DNA from: Antedon mediterranea
Lineage: Eukaryota; Animalia; Echinodermata
Reading direction: 5' to 3'
Assembly (NCBI RefSeq): GCF_964355755.1
Contig: NC_092677.1
Coordinates: forward strand, 27,763,175 to 27,827,174
DNA: 64,000 nucleotides
Numbering within the stretch: position 1 is the stretch's first letter; each line of letters starts with the position of its first letter. Positions 51,701 to 64,000 of this stretch are shown in pieces. The translations under genes were made by a program, and so were the position numbers. Below the pieces are notes generated by a model that saw nothing but the letters and a program-made list of their open reading frames with translations, had not been told where the DNA came from and did not search any database.

Positions 51701-53093
51701 ATGTAAAACTGCGCCCAACAAATCGCCTAACAATACTAGCATTATTTATTAAAAAGAAAAGTTTTAAGTTGATAGATAGAGGTACGTTTAAAAACATATT
51801 CTCTAGTTATTTTTTACCTTGTTACTACGAGCATTTTTAGTTTTGTTTGTAAATAAATTAGATTCCTTGTGTGTCAAAAAAAAGAGTTACTGTGTTAACT
51901 AGAGTCTATACTCCTTCATTTAAAAATCTAGTGTTTGAATATTGTGTGCAAGGATCTGTACTACTGTATTGATAACCAAATGCATGCATAGGAACTTATT
52001 TCACCTTGAATAAATAGAAATATCCCTGGTACCAAAATGATGATGAGTCCAAGAACTTTCGCTAATGTTAGGAACTGTTGTAATCTTGACGTCCATTTAA
52101 CACTTACACAATTCAGGTAAAACAGACAATCTATAAAACAAAAGAGTAGAATTATAAAAATTATATCACACATAATATACAGAATCAAGATTATAATTTT
52201 GTATAGGAAAAGGTTTGTATGGCGATTAAAAAGTTTGGTTTTTCCAAAAAAGGAAGAAAAGGCATCATTTTTTGATCTAAAGCTCTGCCTACACTATCAA
52301 ACTAATTTGACAAAAAATTGAGTGCCTAAATATGGTAGTGATATGCACAAATATGGTAGCTTTATAAATGATTGACACTGGGGTCCTGACTTAAAGTTCA
52401 ATGAACTTACTGTGACCTCCATCCACTCATATACAGTACACTGTATATACTTATGTTAAAACTGTTTAAATTCATTTGAAGAGTGGAAAAGGAACGAAAC
52501 TGTATACTGTACTGCGGGTCACAGAAGATATAAGTGTGAGATAATATACACTTACACATTGATATTAAGGTAATCAAACTTATAACAATATCTGGAACTT
52601 CCTGGCAATGTGAAACCAACGGTTTGACAATGTAAACAGAAGCTGTTAAAAGGACAACCATGATGCTTCCGGAGCGTACTGCGATCAACGAAGTCCAAAT
52701 CCGCAAGAAACCGACCATCGGTCCAAAACTTTCAAGCAGGTAGACATAATCGCCACCAGACTTTGAGTAGGTAGTGCCGAGTTCTCCGTAACAAAGGGCT
52801 CCAAGTGTGTTCGCAACGCCACAAATAACCCATAACATTAACGACAAACTGACATCGGGCACCTCTTGAAGAATGCCTTTCGGTGAGATGAAGATTCCAG
52901 ACCCAATAACAGAACCAACTATTAATGCAATACATGAACCAAGGCCTAGTTGCCTTTTAAGTACTATAGGAGAGTCGTCTGCAGCAGCAGCAGGTGATAA
53001 TTTGGAAGATTTAGGGTAGAGTTCCTCATCCTCTTCACTTGTTGTAGTGTCTTCAGCAAGCAGCGGTACAGACTGTCCAATAAAGTTGTTCAT
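48726..53093 (-). CDS. xCT/SLC7A11-like SLC7 transporter, paralogue C, convergent with B; 10 coding exons
   Basis: Exons approx. 53093-52556, 52130-52005, 51641-51545, 51448-51404, 51175-51052, 50758-50655, 50421-50325, 49877-49728, 49398-49239, 48796-48726. Motifs GSVIGSGIFISPKG, LPLALYSGMYAYSGW, SREGQLP, LSFTKWLF; ends WLQKLVLIVQQEKCTYID*. Confidence 0.92.
50046..50200. mobile_element. Small fold-back MITE; partial second copy at 52278-52363
   Basis: ACACTATCAAACT...AGTTTGATTGTGTAGACAGAGCTTA inverted ends. 52278 starts TAAAGCTCTGCCTACACTATCAAACT and shares the ATATGGTAGTGATATG core in reverse orientation. Confidence 0.65.
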
Positions 53094-53864
53094 TTTTATC
53101 TGAAAAGAAAATTAAGGGATAAATAACGCGATTCCTCTTATAAAATTGTACAGTATTTAAAATAAAATGACTTTGCTTATTAATATAGTCTTAATTGTTG
53201 AAACAGATACTACATAGGCCTAGTCTACAGTAGCTTGAATTTCCCCTCCTGGCCTAGTACTATTGCACAATAGGACTAGCCCTAGTAGTAGTTACTACTA
53301 CAGTCTGGCTTCTGCTGCAGCATTCCTCAAAATGCATGTAGGGTATATAGATTGAAATAGGCCTATAAATAGGCTAGTAATAGGCCTATAGAAGTATAAT
53401 ACAGTATCTATATATAAATTATGGTTAATTCTGACATAGGCGAGCACAATGCAAAAACTTCGGTACAAATCTCCGCCTTGGATACCTACCTTATCTATCC
53501 GAGATGTACCGCGAAACGTAGATTTGATAACATTAGTGTGCACGCCGACGCTATTGTTCCATATTTATATCTTAGGAAGATATTATAAAGAGTTTTTTAA
53601 CAACATTTATGATTTCAACATTGGATTTTCCTCTCAATTTCAATTCTTCCCGGTCAAAGTAATTTCCGGGTTTAAGATAAGTTCGCCTTAGTTTCAAATA
53701 TTTTCTCTCTTTTATACACAAGGGAGCAGTTAAAATAATAGATTTGACCCTAAAGGTGACTGGAAACAGGCACTTTCCATCAATCAATACAGTGTCCCTT
53801 TGGAAGACGAAAAAAAAATTGGCCATTAATCATAGCCATTTCAGTTTTTTGTTTATTTTAAAAC

Positions 53865-54213
53865 ATACCACACGTGTGTGAAGGTACAGTAGTTAAATAA
53901 TAGGAATTATACTGCAAATTAATAAAGATGAAATTAATTATACGCCATAAAGAATCAGAATATATTGTGGGGAATAGTATTATAAAATTACATAGGGAGA
54001 TTTGATAAGACATTTGGAAGACGAAAAATATGTCAGAATTAACCATAATTTATATATAGATACCACGCGTGTGTGAAGGTACAGTAGTTAAATAATAGGA
54101 ATTATACTGCAAATTAATAAAGATCAAATTAAATATACGCTATAAACAATCAGAATATATTGTGGGGAATAGTATTATAAAATTACATAGGGAGATTTGA
54201 TGATAAGACATTT
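53865..54213. repeat. 195-bp-period direct duplication (about 1.8 copies)
   Basis: ATACCAC(A/G)CGTGTGTGAAGGTACAGTAG at 53865 and 54060. Confidence 0.9.
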
Positions 54214-54893
54214 TTCGAGTGAAATCCCGATAGCTGAGTTTTATTGAGTAAGCTTGCAGGAATAACTGTAGGCGATCTTCCTGTGTCCCATTAGGCCCAA
54301 GATGTCTGCCCATGTTGCAAGCCGTAATGTCTTCTTTCTTGGGCCCACTCTGTCACGACAGTTAGTTTCAAAAGATGATTAAATTAAATAATGTATTAAT
54401 AATTATTAGGATGGTATTCATTTGAATAAACGCCTCTCCAATAAAACATCACTTTGAATAATAAACCCCCCCCCCCCAACCCAACTATCTAATAAACGTC
54501 CATCCACATATTTATAATAACACAATTATACTATTTGTAGTAAAATTCACCGCACTGTTATCTACAATTTACCAAGCATTTGTTATTCTTTTTTAGCACT
54601 TTTCATATCTATTAGAGGATTTCATTTGATTATAAATGTTACCATATTATTAAAACTAAAAAATTTAACATATATCCCTCGAATAAGCACCTCCCTCAAA
54701 TGACCTCCGCCTCCCCAAAGGGCCCTACCAAACAATAAAAACTATACTTTAAAATGTTATTAATCATCTAAAACACTGTGATACAAAGTAGTTTAGTTTT
54801 ACGAATGTCAAGCATTTTCAATAATGGTAACCGACAGAAAACGTATAAGGAGAACATTATCATTCCGAGAACCATCGTCTACACTTCCTAGTT

Positions 54894-54929
54894 AGAGGGG
54901 GAGCGAGCGAAGCGAGCTCACCCTCTAGT
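54894..54929 (+). mobile_element. Helitron/Helentron-like 3' terminus remnant
   Basis: GC-rich hairpin AGAGGG-G-GAGC...GCTC-A-CCCTCT ending in CTAG|T. Confidence 0.4.
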
Positions 54930-56411
54930 TCTATTAAATTATTAGTAAATAAAATAGTAGTATTACCTACTGCTCAGTGTACAGCACTGAGCTGCATCCA
55001 TAATAAATATAATATGATGACAACAAATATGCTACTTCAATTTCAATGGGACGAGTTGACCTCTCTTTCTCCCTACTGCTTTCCACCAGGCTGAACTATG
55101 TAGAGGGCTCGCTAGCATAAACAAAATCTTGTTAGTTTTGCTAGCTAGACCATGGATTAAAGAATAGACTAGGCCTAGGCTAGATAGACGGTCCCGACTA
55201 GACGACGGAAGGCCGTATTTATTAGTATTACTATTATTAGTTAGGCCTAACTAAAAAGGAGGCTCTAGCAATTAATCTAGAAATTAAAAGTATACTACAC
55301 ACGTCAATTCGTCAAGTAGTGATATTCATTGCGAAGTTCCGTAAAAATCAAGGGAAAACATTCCATCTGCTAGCTCTTTATAGGCTAGGCCTGCCGGGTG
55401 TAGCGTGCGTGCAGGAGAATAGGGGGAGGAGACTAGACAGCTGCAGCTACATACAATACAAAGATAGTACACATGCGCAGACACGACGTATAAAACGTGC
55501 GCAAAATAAAACAAAATTGTACATAAAAACAAAATTGTGACCCCGTTACTGACCTCGTTGGAAACGTTTCTTCATTGTTCAATTGTTTGTAATTTAACTT
55601 TTCCCTGGTTTGACAAACACTTTGATTATTCTGTCTTTGGTTTGAATTCAGCGAATTACTAGGCCCAGGCCTACTATTATGTAGGATTAGGCCTTTTTGG
55701 TTGTTATTACATGAGTGTGTCAATTCCTTTTCTCTATTATTAAATGAAAGTCAACAATTACTTAAATTCATAATATTGAATTTTTTCTTTTTACTGTCTC
55801 CTATAAAATACATTTCATGTAGGCTTAATAACATTTTTTTCGGTGTACTTTTTAGTATTATAGCCTACTGTAATCTAATCGGTTGAGTCCTCTTTCTTAA
55901 TTAAAACAATCATACAGGAAGACAAACAATAAAATAAACCTAGAGATGAAAAAAACATGTAGGCCTACTGTTCCAGTAATGACAATTGATTTATTTTATG
56001 TTATCATTCATTATCATCTTGAAGTAATTTATTATACATGATGGTGTTTTTTTGTTCGTCTGTAGGCATGAAATATCCAAATACAGTAAAACATTTAGTA
56101 TTAAAAATTACACTTCTGTAAATTTTTATTTTACCTTAACTTTCTATTACTATTAGGTCAGTCTACTGGTACCTTTACAAAAAGATTATTGTTTGAAACA
56201 AAATTATTATTTAATGTTTAACCGATATACATTGAAATACGTTATAGCCTTACGGTATGATTTAATTATTTCCCCATGAAATATTCTAAACGACTACGTT
56301 TTTACAAATTTCAATTATTAGATTACATTCACCTAAAAAATAACAAAGAACACGATTACAAATGTTAACAAAGATCGATGTGACTGGAAACAACCTCTCA
56401 CTCACAGGCTA

Positions 56412-56669
56412 CTATATTATGCAGAAGTATTGGCAGTCGGAACCTATTAAACACAAGCCGCCATTCTGACAAGGTGAAGATTCGCACGGATTTGTATCTG
56501 AAATCAAACCAATCAAATTGATTCATCCTTTGATCATAATACCAGCTGTGTCTTAACTTATTTAAAATCAAACTTAAAAATTGTAAATTGTATTTTAAAA
56601 ACTAATTAAGTAGCAATGTTCCAGTTTTAATTAAAGTTTCGAATTTTTCTTTGTATACCTTGTTTTATG

Positions 56670-56712
<43 letters not shown>

Positions 56713-59700
56713 TCTACAAGAATGCCAATAATTCCATGATCTTATCGCAATTTGTGGCGCAATCCACAAAACACATAGTTCTACGTAGATAAATGTTTAT
56801 GATTTCTTTTGTCATGAAATGATGTTACGGTCCAATATCCATCAAGCGACTCCGACTTTTTGAAGAGAAATTTGTTCCGTGCAAACTCACACGAATTTAA
56901 TATTATGCCTACACATACATTATAACTCTTCAAATCAATCTATTACTTACAGTTTTCGCAATTTGTTCCCGAATAACAAGGAGGACACGTGCACTCATAT
57001 AGCAGGCAGGTTTCTCTTGGGCCGACAGAACATGTCCCGCCGTTCATACACACATTCTGATCTTCACATGGGTCATCTAAAAACAATGGTATAGAAGAAG
57101 AATGAGAGCCAAAGTATTCCTGGTTTTGCTGCAGTTAAAGATGTATTGTCCCCCTGAAAAAATAATTCTTACAAAATGTTTTGTTGAATATTCCATTTTA
57201 ATGTAACATAATAGTTATCCACTTTGACCAAAAATTGGATCGAAAAAAAAATGGATTTTTGGTCGAATTTAACCATTTATTTTGTCAGAGTGAAAACATA
57301 ATTTTATTTTTTTTCTATGGAAGTGATTAACTTTATTAAAACTACAAAATAACATATTCAAAGTCTGATTTAATTAATTTTCATTTTTCATGTTTTTGGG
57401 GGACAATACATCTTTAAGAAGATTTGATTTCATTTTTTCGGCGGCCTATGGCTTACACGCATTGTCGTCGGGTAGTCGCCAACTGGACCTAGAATTCTCC
57501 AAAACTGTAGCACTATACTAATGGTGCAACGCACAACAAGGACGTTACAACCATAAGAAAATTGAAATGCCACATAATTGTGTTGGTCAACTCACTTTGC
57601 GCTAAAGATTGGTTCGCACTAGCAACGCAACGCAAGGAAGGAATATATTTTTGTAGATTTTTAATGTTGTGAATATTTTAGTGAATAATTGTGCAATGTT
57701 GCCACCTATACTAAAAGATAATAATAATAATAATCAAATAAAGAACAGTGCAGATAGGTTTTACTTTAGTATATTATAATGCAAATTTTTCGTTTTTTTT
57801 TAAATAAAAGTGCAATTGTATTTTCCAAAATTGTGTATATATTTTAAGATTCTTAATATTTTAAATTTTAGTGAATAATTGTGAAATTTTGTAATTGTAT
57901 ATTCCGAATTTATTATTGTAGTTTTTATAGATTTCATTTCAATATTTTTTATTGTAATACAAACGTTATTAGCTATGTGCTATTGTTTTTGTAATTTTAT
58001 ATATACCGTAATAAATAAAAAAAAAAAAAAAAAAAAAAAAAATAAAGTAACGCAACGATTTGACCCATCACACGATGGATTATTCGAACAGTGGTTTGTC
58101 ATTGGTCAACTCGTTTGCTTTTCGAGTACGTCCTTGCGTTGCGTCTCTAGTGGGAACCACGCTTTACGTCACGCTTACGTCGTTGTGTTGGATTCAATTA
58201 ATGGGAATCAAAGTGTGTTATTTTTACTTACATGTTACACAACAAAAATATGATCGGCATTGGGCCTCTATCAAACACGTTTCCTTTTCTTTACAAGGTG
58301 AAGATTGGCAAGGGTCTGGGTTACATGGATCCCCTAAAAAAGTAAATTTGTAATGTTAAAATATAAATATGGAAACAATTCAGTGTCCGTTAAATAAAAC
58401 GGTTCAAAATATAAAATCATAAAAGATTATAACATACAACTGACACTCATTGAAAAGTAATACCTTATTTAGGCCTACCTTTCTTTCCATCTTTTAGAAA
58501 ATTTGGCGGCAACTATAACTACATAGGAACGATTCTCATATTTAGAATCAATCAATGTCATTCGCGCGCATGACCAGCATATGCCCCCCATAGTGCGAAA
58601 TTTACTCTACTTTTAGTTTTAACCATAATGTTTACCTTATTTCCAAATTTACCAATTACTTCACGGTTAGATCATGTTTGTAAATTTTATCCGAAAGCTG
58701 TTCCGGAACTAGCCAAACTGACTTTCGGGAAAGAAATGAGTTAAGAATAAGAAAGCACTCGCTGGCGGGCAATAAGATTTTTCATTTAATTTCTACATTT
58801 AAAACCGTCAAATATTATGAATAACTTGCACTAATGTCTCTAATGCTAGTCATTATCGAGTGAATACGCCAATGGCCGCATTTCAATCCGGCGTAAGCCA
58901 CGCTAGCCTTACGATTTATGTGTGAACAACGTACTGGAGTAAGTAACTATACGTCCGTTTAATGCTTGCAGTGGTCGAAAATTGTCTTGAATAATTTTGT
59001 TGCCACTTCGAAGTGTTCTTAGCATTTGAATCTGAAACAAATTAAAGAAACACAACTGAAAATCTATAATGATACAAAATCAATCTTGTATCAAACTTTA
59101 AAAGCGATATTTGATGTAAAATGTCAGTAGACTTTATAATGATCAAATACATCCTCGCCTCGTTTACAGTTTGCGATGCTATATAGTAGTGCAACACACA
59201 TGCGTGCAGTAAAATGCGCAATAATTATATTTTTGAAATTAGAATGTGTAATCAGAGGGAAGAAAAGTCAGAGCAACAACAATCAATTTATGCAGACCTG
59301 GGTGCTAGATAAGTATATCAGCTCTTTGAACATTGTCCAGATGACGGCTTCATTGCAACCAGGAGTTGTCAGCGAACCATTATATCGGTAGAATTCAACA
59401 AGATTGTCTGGTAAAAGACTCTCCAGAGTAAAAACATCATTTGGAGGAATGTTGTATGTATCGCCTGTTGTAAGAAACCAAATAACAAATTTCGATTTTT
59501 GTCCGGTCCATGAATCTAACCTAACTTAGCTGGTAGGCTACTTTACTTTAAACAGAAATAACTAACCATACCTTCTTCTTGCACATTCGTTAGAGAGCTC
59601 AGAAGAGTTTCGAAATTTGCGTTGTCTTCGTCAGACACCTACAAAGAATAATTGTTACGTTCTCGTGAGGGCGGTTCATTGTATAGGCATACTTGAAATG

Positions 59701-62700
59701 ATATTAAGAAATCTACACAAAATACATCAATAAAAATTATACGAGGAGTGTACGCGGCGAGATACTAGTTCAGTACCAAAAAAAATCTCGCCCAAAATAT
59801 GCACATTATGATATACTGTAGGCCGATTTAAAACACCCCACATTATTTGAAATTAAAGCTTTCTTCAACACGTACCTGGAAGAAAAAGCCAAGTACAGCA
59901 AGTCCAGTGCTACCGCCTTGTTGAACAGCGTCAGTTGTACTTGAATATATGCTATTGTAATGCACAATGTGCATCTAAAATAGAAAACAAACACAATATA
60001 AAAGACAGCTTAAACTCGAGCGGCAGACTAACACAGAAGAAACTGCTTAGAATGGCCGCGGTGATGCTGGAAATAGATTCTAACCTCTTCTGTGTTTTTA
60101 TCAATAATCTAGCCTACATTCAATATAAACCGAAATCCAGAGTGAAGTGGCGGACTCAAGGTCGAACTTAGGCAAGATTTGTAGGTGATAAGGCTGTAGG
60201 TCTCCCGATATTGTCACCAAACTCATTTAAATCAGGGATAGATGGAGAAATAATGTTCTAAGTACTAATGATTGTCTTTATGAAGTTTTCCTTAATTGAT
60301 GTAAATTCCAAATAAAGATTGAGGAATCAATACTGAATATGATATTGTTGTCAAAATGATCAATGGTAAGGCACCATTCTTTTTCCCACTACACAATGCG
60401 ACTATATGAACGTACACCATTAACATTACTTATCAGTTATTTTGTTATGTTCTTTGGTCACGAATGTATTACTGAAAGAATGGACATGAATTAATACTAT
60501 CATTGTACGGCGTTATTATTAAAGGATGACTCCATTGCATTAGTTTGTGATGATTATTGTTACACCACTTTTCATGATATTACTTGAAGCATAACTGCAT
60601 TGTGTTACCAGTAAATGCCTTGATCCTATTTATATACCGTATATTGTTATATAACTGATTTAACAAATAAATGAATGGATAATAGCCTTGGTTTAAAATT
60701 TGTAGGGTGGCAATAAAAACTCATTTTGCTGACAAGTTTTCTTTTAAATCAATCATGTGTTACCTCTACAGGGTATTGAACGTTGTTAAGCGTGTGTTCA
60801 GATCCAACAGCATCACGGCTACCCCAATGAAAATGAAATTGAGCAGTTTTATAGGTACCACCAAGTCCACCACCAGAAACTGAATAATCTCCTGTCAGGT
60901 CTATTTGCACTTAAATAAAAAACAAGATTATAAGGAATAAGATAGGAATAAGATCATACGTTTTAAACAATGAGAAAGGTGTTTCAAAACAGTTTCGTTT
61001 GGCTTAATAGCTAGACTTCTTCGGGTCTTCGTTAAAAATATACGGTAGGCTAAAAAAAAAAAACCAAAAATAAAATTGTAAATTATTATATGAAATTATG
61101 ATATAGTTACAAAACCATTATTATGTATAGATAATGTTATATACGAAGCAAAACATGATTAAAGTTGAAATAATTACTTTCAAAAGGAATTATACATTTA
61201 TACTTATTTATATTTAATGTGTATAATATATAATACAATAAGAAATATGAAGGTAGTGTAAAAAAGTAGCTTATTCTATGTAATTTATGTATAAATGAAA
61301 TGAAAAAACGTGAGAGACACCCATTAAAGAGATAAATATATATAGACTTATCGGAGCAGACTTATTTCTAACCGATCAAACATTAAATTATTCCCCATTT
61401 ATACTTCCGATATTTTCAGTGATAGAACAGTGGTAATGCCTCAAGCTACTTGACACTGGAATAAGCTAGTTAAACCAGGGAGAGTGACATTTCATTTTGA
61501 AGGATGCACCTTTGTGCTAAGTGTGCCACCGATCTAAAGGTGTAATTCCAAATAAATAAATAAAAATTACCCAATAAAGAATTGAACGGTGCCGGTTGAT
61601 TAGAGTTTGTGAATGTAGCTTCATGCTGCGGTAATTTTAAGGTTTATGCTTACGTGAATGGCCATTGTTTGTTACTACCATGGATTTATCTGCGACATCT
61701 CCAAATCCAACGAAAGTGAACGTTCCCAAATTGCCTTTCTCTGCACTGGAAGGGTCGATGTTAATAGGCGATTGATTGTCTCCGCCACAGTTTGGAAATG
61801 TATTAGCCCAGTTAGCAGGACCTATCGAAGCAAAACAATTAAGTTAATTCAATGATGAGGAGGTTAAAAACTCAAAATATTTTCGTATATAGCTTCAGAA
61901 AGATATAATGAATATGGAATGGTTAAAACAATAAAATGTACTATACCATCCTCGCCCGAGTAACTCCATTTTTCTATATAGAAAAAAAAAGAAAAATACC
62001 AAATTAATGCCTTTAAATCTTGAATAACTATAGGTTATTATAATTATTATATCATTGCTCTTACCTAATCCTCGTAAACCCAGTCGGATTGAATCATTTG
62101 ATCGTCAAATATGTCACCATTTCATAGAATAGTTTTGTTTGTTTTATTGGTTTCACCACACATTTTAAAATAAAAGATAAAAATTACAAATTGCAAAAAG
62201 AAAATTATGATAAGGTTAAAACAACTTGATATATTTCCAAAAAGGCGTAGTGTTTTATCTTAAAATTTGTTGAATTGACAAGGTATCTTTTCAGTAAACA
62301 AAAATCCAAAATATCAACTTAATTTTCAAAAACTTAATTGCAAAAAAGTCAAGAGTCACGTGTCTTTATACTTTATAATTATAAAAAAATATATATATAG
62401 AAAATCAGGCTTATTGATTTTATTAAGAAATGAGATTTTTTTATCATCCTTAATTTTGGTAATACTGTTTAATTATCAGAGGAAAGAGTGAAACTACTAT
62501 ATTTCAAATATTATACAGATATGTAATATAATAAAATAAAATACATATACAGTACATATTGAACAACTTATTTATCTATGGTCCTACTTATTATAATTAT
62601 AAGAGATGGTCTTCTACTTTTATTCGCTTCCAAAGTTTGAAAATCTAAAATTGTAAATGGTAAAATAATTTCTTACCTGCGGCGATAGCAACTGACACTG

Positions 62701-62737
62701 CAGTAAAGGCGAGGATAGCTCTATACAAGATCGTCAT
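56412..62737 (-). CDS. Secreted alpha-carbonic anhydrase with predicted C-terminal Cys-rich EGF-like modules; 11 exons, ~381 aa
   Basis: Exons 62737-62677 (signal peptide), 61973-61947, 61821-61654, 60909-60764, 59974-59876, 59638-59572, 59464-59298, 59031-58935, 58333-58232, 57076-56951, 56497-56412 (1146 nt, in phase). Motifs WSYSGEDGPANW, QSPINI, NNGHS, QFHFHWG, GSEH, EMHIVH, GLAVLG, YRYNGSLTTPGC, NFRPLQALNGR. The CA domain is near-certain; joining to the last three exons is inferred from phase. Confidence 0.88.
56671..56712. repeat. (TCAA)n microsatellite
   Basis: About ten TCAA units. Confidence 0.95.
57139..57413. mobile_element. 275-bp MITE with TTAA TSD and AG...CT termini (Kolobok-like)
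   Basis: TTAA|AGATGTATTGTCCCCC ... GGGGGACAATACATCT|TTAA; 16-bp perfect TIR. Confidence 0.85.
57603..58166. mobile_element. Degenerate TIR element (PIF/Harbinger-like MITE)
   Basis: Left TGGTTCGCACTAGCAACGCAACGCAAGGA versus right TCCTTGCGTTGCGTCTCTAGTGGGAACCA; TAA/TTA flanks; AT-rich interior. Confidence 0.55.
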
Positions 62738-64000
62738 CTTGTTACGGCTTACGTATCAGCATACAAATGACATTTCCAATTTATCCTATTTATTGCTATA
62801 ATTACGGCTTATGGAGGTCAACATAGATAACACAGTCTCCAGCCAAACAATAGCAATGAATAAGAGCACTCGACACGTATCTGGGGTAGCAGTAATACGA
62901 TTAACCTATTAGAAAGATCATTGAATGGTAGTATACAATGTCCATTCATGCCGCTCAATGATTGGTATTTTAGTATTAGACAGATACCAATCAATAAGAG
63001 TCACAACATAGGCCTATTACGAGAGTGAAAACACGATTCAAAGGTTAAAATTCTAATATAAATAATATCTGGAATATATAAATGTTTTAAATTGAAGGAT
63101 ATGCATTGTATTGTGTAGAATTTCGCAATGATGTACCGTGTAGTAGACTTTTAAAGTATTTGCGGTTCGGAGAACAAACGCAACCAATGTTACGTTTCCG
63201 GATCATTGTTCGATCGTATTTTATGGATTTGACACAGAAAACACATCTTTATATATAAAGGGATAAACATAATACAGTAGTGTGGAGTTTGTGAATAAAA
63301 AAATATAGGACAATTTCAATAGACACTCACGTCAATCACGTGACATGATTTTAATCTGATGACGCATTTAAATAGTGATTGTATATTGGTACACGTCTTA
63401 GTGTCATTTGATTAGTTCATTAATTTAAGCATCACGTACTTTACTTTCATACTGAACGAAATGTAATAGTAAGTGTCACCGAGGGGCACCGAGAGCATGA
63501 CAATACTGCGTTATAGTAAACAATAAAACACCATACAATGTTACAGTACAAATATATATTGCGTTTGTTTATGCTTTGGCTCATGTTTAGCCTATTGGAA
63601 CAGTGATTTTAGATAGAAACTTGTATTAACTGCCGCCTGTTAGAAGTCTTCAAATAATACTTGCATACAAATAAATCAAGAAACTTAGAATAAAACACGT
63701 ATATGCAGATGGCACAATTCGACTAATTAGCATATATTTATTTATATATAATTGTCTATTGATCATAAATATATCGGAACTGAAATATTATTATGTTATA
63801 CTATGAAGGAATTAATTCTTCCAAAGTTACAGTCATTAAAGCTTTAAACTAATTACGAACATTCGTATCTTATGAGCTGTTTTTCATAGAGCATTTACCA
63901 CTTTTAGTACAGTACCGTACTTGCAGTGTTGGAATGTAAAGTCTTTGGTTGTACAGTACTGTGAAACGTACACACAACGCAAAAAGTGGCAAATCGTAAA

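Noticed and set aside
57455-57560. Possible additional CA-tail exon ending at a GTAAG donor
   Set aside because: No convincing AG acceptor and no EGF-like cysteine pattern in any frame.
36089-58333. Single fibropellin-like gene joining the EGF exons to the avidin domain (both on minus strand)
   Set aside because: Avidin has its own ATG and signal-peptide exon, the last EGF exon has an in-frame stop, and three SLC7 genes lie between them.
62065-62160. Possible alternative CA exon 2 (…DWVYED, then GTAAG)
   Set aside because: Stop codons in all three frames and no suitable acceptor; the 27-nt exon at 61973-61947 fits fully.
28922-62737. Functional gene cluster (DHODH + xCT as ferroptosis defence; CA + avidin around bicarbonate/biotin)
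   Set aside because: Thematic links exist, but adjacency in animal genomes is weak evidence and nothing in the sequence shows co-regulation; conserved synteny or co-expression would be needed.

Overview
AT-rich eukaryotic (metazoan, probably marine invertebrate; echinoderm-like by inference only) genomic DNA with spliceosomal GT-AG introns, so the ORF track captures only exon fragments. 1-24330 is a composite hairpin-rich satellite (98-bp monomer plus ~150-bp and ~350-bp variant units) with multi-kb internal duplications and two copies of a Helentron-type non-autonomous element. 24692-29038 is a 4-copy ~1.08-kb tandem array; each unit carries a complete copy of the last coding exon, stop codon and poly(A) signals of the adjacent DHODH gene. 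I assembled six multi-exon genes by hand: DHODH (-), a secreted stand-alone avidin-family protein (-), three xCT/SLC7A11-like transporter paralogues (+,+,-), and a secreted alpha-carbonic anhydrase that appears to splice to three Cys-rich EGF-like exons (-). The avidin and carbonic anhydrase genes are absent from the ORF track. Introns and intergenic DNA hold several MITEs, LINE tails, micro/minisatellites and many putative transposon excision footprints. All gene models are manual, without transcript or database support.
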